A stretch of 63,959 nucleotides of DNA, filler included, from Licmophora abbreviata (lineage: Eukaryota), in the NCBI GenBank assembly GCA_900291995.1. It is 18 parts of 18 records of this genome, joined end to end, with 100 filler letters (N's around TTAATTAATTAA, not from the genome) between each part and the next. Parts side by side here need not be neighbours in the genome. Positions count along the whole stretch, not along the records: positions 39,863 to 41,025 come from OLMU01004717.1; positions 41,126 to 44,247 come from OLMU01004718.1; positions 44,348 to 48,563 come from OLMU01004720.1; positions 48,664 to 51,888 come from OLMU01004721.1; 14 more parts are not named here. One strand, written 5' to 3'. The translations under genes were made by a program, and so were the position numbers. The notes beneath the pieces were generated by a model. The model was given only the letters and a program-made list of their open reading frames with translations. It was not told the origin of the DNA and ran no database searches. This document shows positions 40,217 to 49,260 of this stretch, in pieces (the first letter of the stretch is position 1; each line of letters starts with the position of its first letter).

Positions 40217-41256
40217 TCAGGCGCCTGCGGGTTCGCGCATCACGCGGGGCACCTTGAATTCGACGTTTTCCTGTGCCGTCTCGATGGTTTCGATGGTGAC
40301 ATCGTAGCGCGCCTTGAGCGCGTCGATCACTTCGTCCACCAGCACTTCAGGGGCCGAGGCTCCGGCGGTGATGCCGATCGAGCGGATCCCGTCGAGAGCG
40401 CGCCAGTCGATATCGGTGGCGCGCTGCACAAGCTGGGAATAGGCGCAGCCAGCGCGGGCGCCGACCTCGACCAGCCGTTTGGAGTTGGACGAGTTGGGCG
40501 CGCCCACGACCAGCATCGCATCGGCGCGGGGCGCCATCGCCTTGACCGCTTCCTGACGGTTGGTGGTGGCGTAGCAGATGTCTTCCTTGTGCGGGCCTTT
40601 GATCGCCGGAAAGCGCGCCTGAAGGGCGGCGACGATATCGGCGGTGTCATCGACTGACAGGGTGGTTTGCGTGACAAACGCCAGACATGCGGGATCGCGC
40701 ACGTCGAGTGCTGCGACATCTGCGACGGTTTCGACCAGAAGAACCTCGCCCTCGGGCAACTGACCCATTGTGCCGATCGTCTCGGGGTGGCCGGCATGGC
40801 CGATCATGACGATCTGCAGGCCGTTTTCGTGGTGGCGTTCGGCCTCGATATGCACCTTAGAGACCAGCGGGCAGGTTGCGTCGACAAAGAGCATCTCGCG
40901 GCGGGCGGCTTCGGCGGGGACGGCCTTGGGCACGCCATGGGCCGAAAAGATCACCGGACGATCATCGGGGCAGTCGTCGAGCTCTTCGACGAAGATCGCC
41001 CCTTTGGCGCGCAGGTCATCGACGANNNNNNNNNNNNNNNNNNNNNNNNNNNNNNNNNNNNNNNNNNNNTTAATTAATTAANNNNNNNNNNNNNNNNNNN
41101 NNNNNNNNNNNNNNNNNNNNNNNNNATTTCATGCCGCACATAGACCGGCGCGCCCCATTTCTGGAGGGCAAGCTCCACGATCTTGATGGCGCGGTCGACG
41201 CCGGCGCAAAAGCCGCGCGGCGCGGCAAGGTAAAGCGTAAGAGGGGGTTTCGTCAT
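40217..41256 (-). CDS. ispH: 4-hydroxy-3-methylbut-2-enyl diphosphate reductase (split by gap)
   Basis: [38 protein letters not shown] and TAGASAP motifs. Confidence 0.96.
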
Positions 41257-41373
41257 CTTGGACCTCCTGTCGGGTCCAGACCTAAGGCCAAGATCGCGCG
41301 CCGTCCAGTGCCGCTTGCGCGGCAATGCGCGCAGGTCATGCCATTGGGGCCGGGCTGTCGCCCGTCAAGCGGG

Positions 41374-41406
41374 GTCAGGCGCAGACAGCTCCAAGCTGCG
41401 CCTGAC
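41374..41406. terminator. 11-bp perfect hairpin downstream of the NYN gene
   Basis: gtcaggcgcag-N11-ctgcgcctgac; no U-tract. Confidence 0.45.
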
Positions 41407-41469
41407 TGACGTTACACACCGCTGATCCGGGTGGGACAGCTGCGATGATCCAGCAAAGGCGAGAGCGCT

Positions 41470-42042
41470 TCAGCTCTCTTCCTGGTAGCTGTCTTCGCGG
41501 CTGGGATGCGGATCGCGGGGTGGGCGGCCGATCACGTCCTTGAGATCATCCAGTTCGATGAAGTTGTCCGCCTGACGGCGCAACTCGTCAGAGATCATCG
41601 GTGGCTGGCTGCGGATCGTGGACACCACGGAGACGCGCACGCCCTGACGCTGGAGGCTTTCCACCAAAGGCCGGAAATCGCCATCGCCGGAAAACAGCAC
41701 GATATGATCCACACGCGGCGCGAGTTCCATCGCGTCCACGGTCAGTTCGATATCCATGTTTCCCTTGACCTTACGGCGTCCCTGACTGTCCGTGTATTCC
41801 TTGGCTGGCTTTGTCACCATGGAGAATCCATTGTAATTCAGCCAGTCAACCAGAGGTCGGATAGGAGAATACTCATCATTCTCGAGCATGGCGGTGTAGT
41901 AAAATGCGCGCAGCAGCTTGCCACGGCGCATGAACTCGGCACGCAGGAGCTTGTAATCGATGTCGAAACCCAAAGCGCGTGCAGCTGCATAAAGATTTGA
42001 TCCATCGATGAACAGCGCAAGCCGTTCGTCCTTGTAAAACAT
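41470..42042 (-). CDS. NYN domain protein (LabA/DUF88)
   Basis: FIDGSNL, KGNMDIELTVD, SGDGDF and LRRQADNFIEL motifs; divergent from folK. Confidence 0.92.
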   Translation of the reverse strand: MFYKDERLALFIDGSNLYAAARALGFDIDYKLLRAEFMRRGKLLRAFYYTAMLENDEYSPIRPLVDWLNYNGFSMVTKPAKEYTDSQGRRKVKGNMDIELTVDAMELAPRVDHIVLFSGDGDFRPLVESLQRQGVRVSVVSTIRSQPPMISDELRRQADNFIELDDLKDVIGRPPRDPHPSREDSYQEES

Positions 42043-42190
42043 ACAACAGTCCTTCCGAATTGTATAAACCACGGCCGAAGGAACAAAATGGTGGTGTGAG
42101 TGGTGGGTCTCGACCGAAGTTGACCAGTATAACTATGATAAACGGCACGAAACGCAATACTGTTTAGGGTGTTCGAAAGGATAGTATGGC

Positions 42191-42757
42191 ATGGACGGAA
42201 GTGAAAACACTCTGATTGCGTTGGGCGGAAATGCGCCGTCTGAACGCGGCCAGCCGGCCGAGACGCTGCGAGCCGCGCTGGACCGGCTGGACGCGCGCGG
42301 CTGCCGTATTCGCGCGGTCAGCCGGTTCTATGTGACGCCATGCTTTCCTCCCGGAGCGGGGCCGGATTTCGTGAATGCGGCGGCTGTGCTGGACTACGCG
42401 GGACCCGCCGATGAGCTGCTGGCGCTCTTGCATGAGGTCGAGGCGGAGTTCGGACGCGAAAGGCTGACGCGTTGGGGACAGCGGACGCTGGACATCGATG
42501 TGATCGCGATGGGCGATGCGGTGCTGCCGGACCACGACACCCACCGCGCATGGCGCGATATGGCGCCCGAAGAGCAGGGCACGCGCGCGCCCGGTTGCCT
42601 GATCCTGCCGCATCCGCGGGTGCAGGACCGGGGCTTTGTCCTTGTGCCGCTGGCGGACGTGGCGCCGGAGTGGCGGCATCCGGTGCTGGGCCAAACCGTG
42701 GCCGAGCTGTTGGCGGCGCTGCCCGAGAAGGAGCGTGAGGGGGTGGTGCCTATGTGA
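42191..42757 (+). CDS. folK: 6-hydroxymethyl-7,8-dihydropterin pyrophosphokinase
   Basis: [23 protein letters not shown] and [16 protein letters not shown] motifs. Confidence 0.93.
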   Translation: MDGSENTLIALGGNAPSERGQPAETLRAALDRLDARGCRIRAVSRFYVTPCFPPGAGPDFVNAAAVLDYAGPADELLALLHEVEAEFGRERLTRWGQRTLDIDVIAMGDAVLPDHDTHRAWRDMAPEEQGTRAPGCLILPHPRVQDRGFVLVPLADVAPEWRHPVLGQTVAELLAALPEKEREGVVPM

Positions 42758-42796
42758 CGCCGGGGGCAGTGTTGGGAAGGGGTCTTGCGCCTAATT

Positions 42797-42820
42797 ATTG
42801 TAATGGTATAACATAACAAT
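42797..42820. promoter_or_regulatory. probable Zur box
   Basis: Imperfect AT-rich palindrome attgtaatggtataacataacaat immediately upstream of a COG0523 gene. Confidence 0.75.
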
Positions 42821-42850
42821 ATGACCTTGCTGAACCGGAGACCCCCCCCC

Positions 42851-44071
42851 ATGCGCAGAACCGTAGATGCCCGTCTTCCCGTGACTGTTCTGTCCGGATT
42901 TCTGGGGGCTGGAAAAACCACGTTGATGAACGCTGTCCTGAACAATCGCGAGGGGCGCAAGGTTGCGGTGATCGTGAATGACATGTCCGAAGTGAATATC
43001 GATGCGGACTTGCTGCGTGAGGGTGGCGCGGATCTGAGCCGAACGGATGAAAGGCTGGTTGAAATGACCAATGGCTGCATTTGCTGCACGCTTCGGGACG
43101 ATCTCTTGCAGGAAGTGCGCAGGCTGGCCGATGAGGGCCGGTTCGATTACCTGCTCATCGAGTCGACAGGTATCGCAGAACCTCTGCCGGTGGCTGCGAC
43201 CTTCGAATTTCGAGACGAGGACGGTCAGAGCCTGTCGGATGTTGCGCGGCTGGATACGATGGTGACGGTGGTCGACGCCGTGAACCTGCTGCAGGATTAC
43301 GCCAGCCACGATTTCCTGTCGGATCGTGGTGAGACGGCCGGAGAGGGAGATGAGCGCACGCTTGTCGACCTGCTGGTGGACCAGATCGAGTTTGCCGATG
43401 TCGTCGTTCTGAACAAGATCGCCGACGCAGGGGCGGAGCGGCTGTCTGCGGCACGGCTCATCATAAAGAGCCTCAACCCCGATGCGCAGATCATCGAGAC
43501 GGATTATGCGCAGGTGCCTGCCGCGATGATCTTCGACACGGGGCTGTTCGACTTCGAAAAGGCGCATGAGCATCCGCTATGGGCCAAGGAACTCTATGGG
43601 TTTGCCGATCATGTTCCGGAAACCGAGGAATATGGTGTTTCCTCCTTCGTCTATCGTGCGCGCCGCCCTTTCGACCCTGTAAAGGTACATGGCGTGCTGA
43701 ACGGCCCGCTTCCCGGCATCATTCGCGCGAAGGGACATTTTTGGCTGGCAACGCGTCCTGACTGGGTTGCGGAGTTCAGCCTTGCGGGGGCCTTGTCGAA
43801 AGTTGCCCCGCTTGGCACCTGGTGGGCGTCGGTACCGCAAGAGCGTTGGCCCGAGCACGCCGAGGCCCGGGCCTATATCGACCGGTATTGGCAGGCGCCT
43901 TTCGGGGACCGGCGACAGGAACTGGTGTTCATCGGAAGCGGTTTTGACAAAGAGGGCATCACGGCGGCGCTGGATGCCGCCCTGATCGGATCCGAGATGA
44001 CGTTCGAGCCGTCCGCGTTCGGGCATCTGGAGGATCCCTTTCCTCAATGGCGCCGGGCGCAGGCTGCCTGA
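42851..44071 (+). CDS. COG0523/CobW-family Zn metallochaperone GTPase (ZigA/YciC-like)
   Basis: [34 protein letters not shown] and [11 protein letters not shown] motifs (alternative start 42821). Confidence 0.92.
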   Translation: MRRTVDARLPVTVLSGFLGAGKTTLMNAVLNNREGRKVAVIVNDMSEVNIDADLLREGGADLSRTDERLVEMTNGCICCTLRDDLLQEVRRLADEGRFDYLLIESTGIAEPLPVAATFEFRDEDGQSLSDVARLDTMVTVVDAVNLLQDYASHDFLSDRGETAGEGDERTLVDLLVDQIEFADVVVLNKIADAGAERLSAARLIIKSLNPDAQIIETDYAQVPAAMIFDTGLFDFEKAHEHPLWAKELYGFADHVPETEEYGVSSFVYRARRPFDPVKVHGVLNGPLPGIIRAKGHFWLATRPDWVAEFSLAGALSKVAPLGTWWASVPQERWPEHAEARAYIDRYWQAPFGDRRQELVFIGSGFDKEGITAALDAALIGSEMTFEPSAFGHLEDPFPQWRRAQAA

Positions 44072-44141
44072 TCCATGCGGCCGACACAGAGACCTGTCCG
44101 GGTCCCGGCGCGGGGCGCGCCCTCAAGGTGGCCTTGCTGAG

Positions 44142-44247
44142 ATGGGGCGCAACATTCGATCAAGCCTTGTCCGGCGGCGGCGTGGCACGAACCCGATGGC
44201 CGAGTTCGACCGCCTGCCGCCGCCGGCCCGGGACTGGCTGCGGAATG
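44142..44247 (+). CDS. small basic protein, DUF6525-like (truncated by gap; not in ORF track)
   Basis: MGRNIRSSLVRRRRGTNPMAEFDRLPPPARDWLRN. Confidence 0.55.
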
Positions 44248-44347
44248 NNNNNNNNNNNNNNNNNNNNNNNNNNNNNNNNNNNNNNNNNNNNTTAATTAAT
44301 TAANNNNNNNNNNNNNNNNNNNNNNNNNNNNNNNNNNNNNNNNNNNN

Positions 44348-46003
44348 ATGGATATCTTCGCGCCGCTGGCCGGGCGCATGGGTATGCAGTGGATGCGCGA
44401 AGAGCTGGAGGATCTGGCGTTTCGGGTGCTGAACCCGGATGCGCGGGCCTCGATCATCCGGCGGTTCATCACCTTGCAGAAGGAAACCGGCGATGTGGTC
44501 GAACGCATCACCGGCGACATGCGGCTCGAGCTGCGCAAGGCGAAACTTGAGGCCGAGGTGTTCGGCCGGGCCAAGAAACCCTATTCGATCTGGCGCAAGA
44601 TGCAGGAAAAGGAGATGGGGTTCTCGCGGCTGAGCGACATCTACGGGTTCCGGATCATCACCGGCTCGGAAGAGGATTGCTATGCGGTTCTGGGCGCGAT
44701 CCACCGCCGGTGGCGGGCGGTGCCGGGACGGTTCAAGGATTACATCAGCCAGCCCAAATCGAACGGCTACCGCTCGATCCATACGACCGTGTCGGGGCGC
44801 GACGGCAAGCGCGTGGAGGTGCAGATCCGTACCCGCCAGATGCATGATGTGGCCGAGGCTGGCGTGGCGGCGCATTGGTCCTATCGTGACGGCGTGCGGG
44901 TCGAGAACCCATTTGCCGTGGACCCCGCCCGCTGGATTTCCAGCCTGACCGAGCAGTTCGACGCCGAGGAGGATCACGAGGATTTCCTCGAGGCGGTCAA
45001 GCTGGAGATGTATGCCGACAAGGTGTTCTGCTTCACGCCCAAGGGTGATGTGGTCAAGCTGCCGCGCGGTGCGACGCCGATCGATTTCGCCTATGCGATC
45101 CATACGAGGATCGGCAATGCCACCGTGGGCGCCAAGGTGGACGGGATGCGCGTGCCGCTCTGGACGCGGGTCAAGAACGGCCAGTCCGTCGAGGTCATCA
45201 CCGCCGATGGCCAGACCCCGCAGGCCACATGGCTGGACATCGCCACCACCGGCAAGGCGCGCGCGGCCATTCGCCGGGCGCTGCGCGAGCAGGACCGCGA
45301 CCGGTTTATCAAGCTGGGCCGGGAGCTGGCGCGGTCGGCTTTCGAACATGTCGGCAAGAAAGCCACCGACAAGGCGCTCGAGACGGCGGCCAAGACCTTA
45401 CGCCTGAAAAACCGCGACGAGGTTCTGGCGCGCTTGGGCAGCGCCGAGTTGACCGGGCATCAGGTGCTGAACGCGGTCTATCCCGATCTGGTCCCCGATC
45501 CCGGCGAAGAGGTCGGCCGCGAGCGCGCGGTGATCGGCCTGTCGCCCGACCAGAGTTTCGAGCGCGCGCGCTGCTGTCAGCCGCTGCCCGGAGAGCGGAT
45601 CGTCGGCATCACCTATCGCGGGCGCGGGGTCGTGGTGCACGCGATCGACTGCGAATCACTTTCGGCGCTGGACGACCAGCCGGAACGCTGGCTGGACCTG
45701 CATTGGCATTCCGGCACGCATCCCGCTGCCTATGATGTGACCCTTGATATCACCTTGTCGAACGATGCTGGGGTCTTGGGACGTATTTGCACATTGATCG
45801 GAGAGCAGAAGGCCAATATCTCGGACCTGACGTTCGTGGACCGAAAGCCGGACTTCTACCGGCTGCTTGTCGATGTCGAGTTGCGCGATGCGGAACATCT
45901 GCATGGTGTCATCACTGTTCTCGACGCTGAAAGCGATGTCGCTTCGGTTGAGCGTCATCGCGATCCGAGGCTATCCGGAGCCGCGACGCAGACAGAACGC
46001 TAG
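44348..46003 (+). CDS. spoT: RelA/SpoT (p)ppGpp synthetase-hydrolase (5' part in gap)
   Basis: KKPYSIWRKM, RFKDYI..PK.NGYRSIHT, AE.GVAAHW.Y, TGS (DFAYAIHT), CC.P.PG and C-terminal ACT. Confidence 0.95.
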   Translation: MDIFAPLAGRMGMQWMREELEDLAFRVLNPDARASIIRRFITLQKETGDVVERITGDMRLELRKAKLEAEVFGRAKKPYSIWRKMQEKEMGFSRLSDIYGFRIITGSEEDCYAVLGAIHRRWRAVPGRFKDYISQPKSNGYRSIHTTVSGRDGKRVEVQIRTRQMHDVAEAGVAAHWSYRDGVRVENPFAVDPARWISSLTEQFDAEEDHEDFLEAVKLEMYADKVFCFTPKGDVVKLPRGATPIDFAYAIHTRIGNATVGAKVDGMRVPLWTRVKNGQSVEVITADGQTPQATWLDIATTGKARAAIRRALREQDRDRFIKLGRELARSAFEHVGKKATDKALETAAKTLRLKNRDEVLARLGSAELTGHQVLNAVYPDLVPDPGEEVGRERAVIGLSPDQSFERARCCQPLPGERIVGITYRGRGVVVHAIDCESLSALDDQPERWLDLHWHSGTHPAAYDVTLDITLSNDAGVLGRICTLIGEQKANISDLTFVDRKPDFYRLLVDVELRDAEHLHGVITVLDAESDVASVERHRDPRLSGAATQTER

Positions 46004-46014
46004 GAGCCGCAGAG

Positions 46015-46677
46015 GTGGTCTTCAAACGCCGAGACAGACGACCGATCTGGCAGGCCGTCGCAGACTTCTTCTGGCCGCGCGGCGGCTGGGGGCGTGCGTT
46101 CACCTATGTCAAACATCGTGTGCGCCGTCTGCCCGATCCGCCGCACCGGATCGCAAGGGGCATCTTTGCCGGTATCTTCGTGACGTTCACACCGTTTTTC
46201 GGGCTGCATTTCTTTCTGGCGGCCACGGTCGCGTGGATCATGCGGGGCAATATCATCGCCTCGCTCTTGTCGACCTTCGTGGGCAATCCGCTGACCTTCG
46301 TGCCGATCATGGCGATCTCGTTGCAGACGGGGTATTTCCTGACCGGGCAGGGCCATGCGCTTGGCGATGAGGTGCATCGCTCGCTCGGGGGGAAGTTCGT
46401 CGATGCCGGGCGCGATCTCAAGCACAACATCTGGGCGGTTTTCACCGATGAGCCTGCGGATTGGAGTCATCTGCTGGTCTTTTATGACGAGGTGTTCTTT
46501 CCCTACATGGTGGGCAGCATCCTCCCCGGGCTGATTGCGGGCATGATCGGATATTACATCAGCCTGCCGGTCATTCAGGCCTATCAAAACCGGCGCAAGG
46601 GTGTGCTCAAGGCGAAATGGGCCGCGATCCGCGAAAAAGCCGCGCAAAAGGCTGACGCCAAGAAGAAACAGGACTAA
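46015..46677 (+). CDS. DUF2062-family membrane protein
   Basis: RLPDPPHRIARG and TFVGNPLTF motifs; between spoT and pdxJ; GTG start. Confidence 0.85.
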   Translation: MVFKRRDRRPIWQAVADFFWPRGGWGRAFTYVKHRVRRLPDPPHRIARGIFAGIFVTFTPFFGLHFFLAATVAWIMRGNIIASLLSTFVGNPLTFVPIMAISLQTGYFLTGQGHALGDEVHRSLGGKFVDAGRDLKHNIWAVFTDEPADWSHLLVFYDEVFFPYMVGSILPGLIAGMIGYYISLPVIQAYQNRRKGVLKAKWAAIREKAAQKADAKKKQD

Positions 46678-46834
46678 AGCGTTCCGCCCTTGACCTGAGG
46701 CATCAGCCAAGGGCGGAACGCGAGCAACGAATGAAAGAAACACTGCATTTCGCGGAAATCTGTGATTCAGGTTTTCCGCGAAACGCTCTAGGTTCCTGCT
46801 CAAGACGGCGGTGCATCATGGAAGGGCGTTCAGC

Positions 46835-47587
46835 ATGACATCCGAAGGCAAGTTGCGGCTTGGAGTGAATATCGACCACGTGGCGACAGTGCGCAATGCG
46901 CGCGGCAGCGCCTATCCCGATCCGGTGCGCGCGGCGAAACTGGCGGAAGAGGCGGGTGCCGATGGCATCACCGCGCATCTGCGCGAGGATCGCCGCCATA
47001 TCGCCGATGCCGATATCGAGCGGCTGATGGCGGCGTTGGAGCGGCCCTTGAATTTCGAAATGGCGGCAACGGTGGAAATGCAGGCGATTGCCCTGCGCCA
47101 CAAGCCGCATGCGGCGTGCATCGTGCCGGAAAAGCGCGAGGAGCGGACCACCGAGGGCGGTCTGGATGTGGCGCGGGATGAGGCCGCGCTTGCGGGCTTC
47201 ATCGCGCCGCTCAACGATGCGGGTTGCCGGGTGTCGCTGTTTATCGGGCATGAGCGAAGCCAGATCGAGGCAGCGGCGCGGGTCGGTGCGGCGGTGGTGG
47301 AGCTTCATACCGGCGCCTATTGCGATCTGCATTACGAAGGCAAATTCGAGGAGCGCGATGCCGAACTGGCCGCGCTGTGCGAAGGTGCTGCACTGGCGCA
47401 TTCTCTGGGGCTTGAGGTGCATGCGGGCCACGGGCTGACCTTCGAGACGGTCAAGCCGATCGCGGCGATCCCGCAGGTGATCGAGTTGAATATCGGTCAT
47501 TTCCTGATTGCCGAGGCGATTTTCCTTGGGCTTGGCCCCGCCATCGCCGAGATGCGCCGCCTGATGGACGAGGCGCGCGCGGCATGA
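46835..47587 (+). CDS. pdxJ: pyridoxine 5'-phosphate synthase
   Basis: [37 protein letters not shown] and ELNIGH motifs. Confidence 0.96.
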   Translation: MTSEGKLRLGVNIDHVATVRNARGSAYPDPVRAAKLAEEAGADGITAHLREDRRHIADADIERLMAALERPLNFEMAATVEMQAIALRHKPHAACIVPEKREERTTEGGLDVARDEAALAGFIAPLNDAGCRVSLFIGHERSQIEAAARVGAAVVELHTGAYCDLHYEGKFEERDAELAALCEGAALAHSLGLEVHAGHGLTFETVKPIAAIPQVIELNIGHFLIAEAIFLGLGPAIAEMRRLMDEARAA

Positions 47588-47618
47588 GCCGTGGGCACGT
47601 GTTGCAGGATCAGGTGAC

Positions 47619-48563
47619 ATGCGTCGCCGCGACCTGATCGTCGGACTTTTTGCGCTGCTGCTGGCGGTGTGGTCGCTGTGGGTGCTCGAGGGCGCGCGGC
47701 AGGGTGTCGTGATCGAAGATCTGAGACTGGGCGACACGCCGGTGACACGGATGAGCGATGGCAGCGGCGGGCCGCCGGTGGTGATCGCGCATGGCTTTGC
47801 GGGGTCGCGCCAGATGATGCAGGCCTATGGGCTGACGCTGGCGCGGGCGGGCTATGACGTGCATGCGTTCGATTTCCTGGGTCATGGCCGCCACAAGGTG
47901 CCGATGGGCGGGGATGTCACCAGCGTCGAGGGAACGACCCGGCTGCTGGTCGATCAGACTGCAGAGGTCATTGCGATGGCACGGGCGCGGGGCGATGGCG
48001 CGGCGGTGGCCTTGCTGGGCCATTCGATGGCGACGGATGTTCTGGTGCGCGTCGCGGCCGAGACCGAGGGGGTCGGGCCGTTGATCCTGCTCTCGCCGTT
48101 TTCACAGGCGATTACCGCGACAGAGCCGAAAGACCTGCTGATGATCGCGGGCGCATGGGAGGCGCGGCTGTCGGAGTTCGCGCTGGAGCAGGTGCGACAG
48201 ATCGATCCCGAGGCGGGTTTCGGAGATGTGGTGGGCCAAGATGGGCTGCGCCGGATGGCCCTGCAGGCGCCGATGGTGGAGCATGTGGCGATCCTGCAGT
48301 CGCGCGCAGCACAGCGCGCGGCGCTCGATTGGCTGAACGGGTTTTATGGACGGGATCAGGGCACAAAGGTGCCGCCGACCGGCTGGGCGCTGATCGGTTT
48401 GCTGACGGCGATCACGGCGCCTTTTCGGGCCTGTCGCACGGCTGCTGCCCCGGCGGGAAACCCTGGGCAAGCCCTTGTCAGAAAAGGATTTTGCGGCGGC
48501 TGTCGTGGCGCCTGCGCTGGTGGCGCCCCTGCTGGCGACGCAGGTGGAGATGAAGGTTCTGCC
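47619..48563 (+). CDS. membrane-anchored alpha/beta hydrolase (frameshift near 48420; 3' end in gap)
   Basis: AHGFAGS, DFLGHG and LGHSMA nucleophile elbow; flanking hydrophobic segments. Confidence 0.82.
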
Positions 48564-48663
48564 NNNNNNNNNNNNNNNNNNNNNNNNNNNNNNNNNNNNN
48601 NNNNNNNTTAATTAATTAANNNNNNNNNNNNNNNNNNNNNNNNNNNNNNNNNNNNNNNNNNNN

Positions 48664-49038
48664 CGCATCGCCGGCACGCTGGAGCGGTTCGGAGACCGGT
48701 TCCGCAATCGGGTCTTCACCGAGACCGAGCAGCAAAAGGCCGAGCGGCGGCAGGATGTGGCGGGCACCTACGCCAAGCGGTGGGCCGCGAAAGAGGCCTG
48801 TTCCAAGGCGCTTGGCACGGGGCTGCGGATGGGGATCGCATGGAAGGACATGGCCGTGAGCAACCTTGGCACCGGCCAGCCGAGGATGCACCTGACGGGC
48901 TGGGCGGCGGAGCGGCTGGAGGCGATGACGCCGCCGGGGCATGAGGCGATCATCCATGTAACCCTGACCGATGACCACCCATGGGCGCAGGCCTTTGTGG
49001 TGATCGAGGCGCGGCCCATTGCGGCGAATCAGAGTTAA
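48664..49038 (+). CDS. acpS: holo-ACP synthase (5' end in gap)
   Basis: [24 protein letters not shown] and HVTLTDD motifs. Confidence 0.94.
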   Translation, partial: RIAGTLERFGDRFRNRVFTETEQQKAERRQDVAGTYAKRWAAKEACSKALGTGLRMGIAWKDMAVSNLGTGQPRMHLTGWAAERLEAMTPPGHEAIIHVTLTDDHPWAQAFVVIEARPIAANQS

Positions 49039-49063
49039 CGCGTTGATATGATGAAATTATGCC

Positions 49064-49103
49064 GTTCGGCATTGCGTCGGTATCACGTCGGTATCGCGTC
49101 GGC
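49064..49103 (-). repeat. four 11-bp-period direct repeats, same family as 6504-6543
   Basis: Reverse complement reads gccgacg-cgat-accgacg-tgat-accgacg-caat-gccgaac. Confidence 0.8.
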
Positions 49104-49260
49104 GCGACAGCGCCTGATCGCGCCGATATCCGGGGATTGACAGGCCGCGCGTTGCGGCCTGCCCGATCCGTCGGCACGGCACGGCCGGGGCGGCATGAAA
49201 TGGCCGCACCACGCGCGGAGGTGATTCCAAAGTCCCGAGCTTTGGCATAGGTTGAAAGGC

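Noticed and set aside
41470..42042. NYN nuclease, sirtuin (21274) and HrpB helicase as anti-phage defence components
   Set aside because: All are housekeeping-type versions in usual chromosomal contexts and are not clustered with each other or with defence partners.
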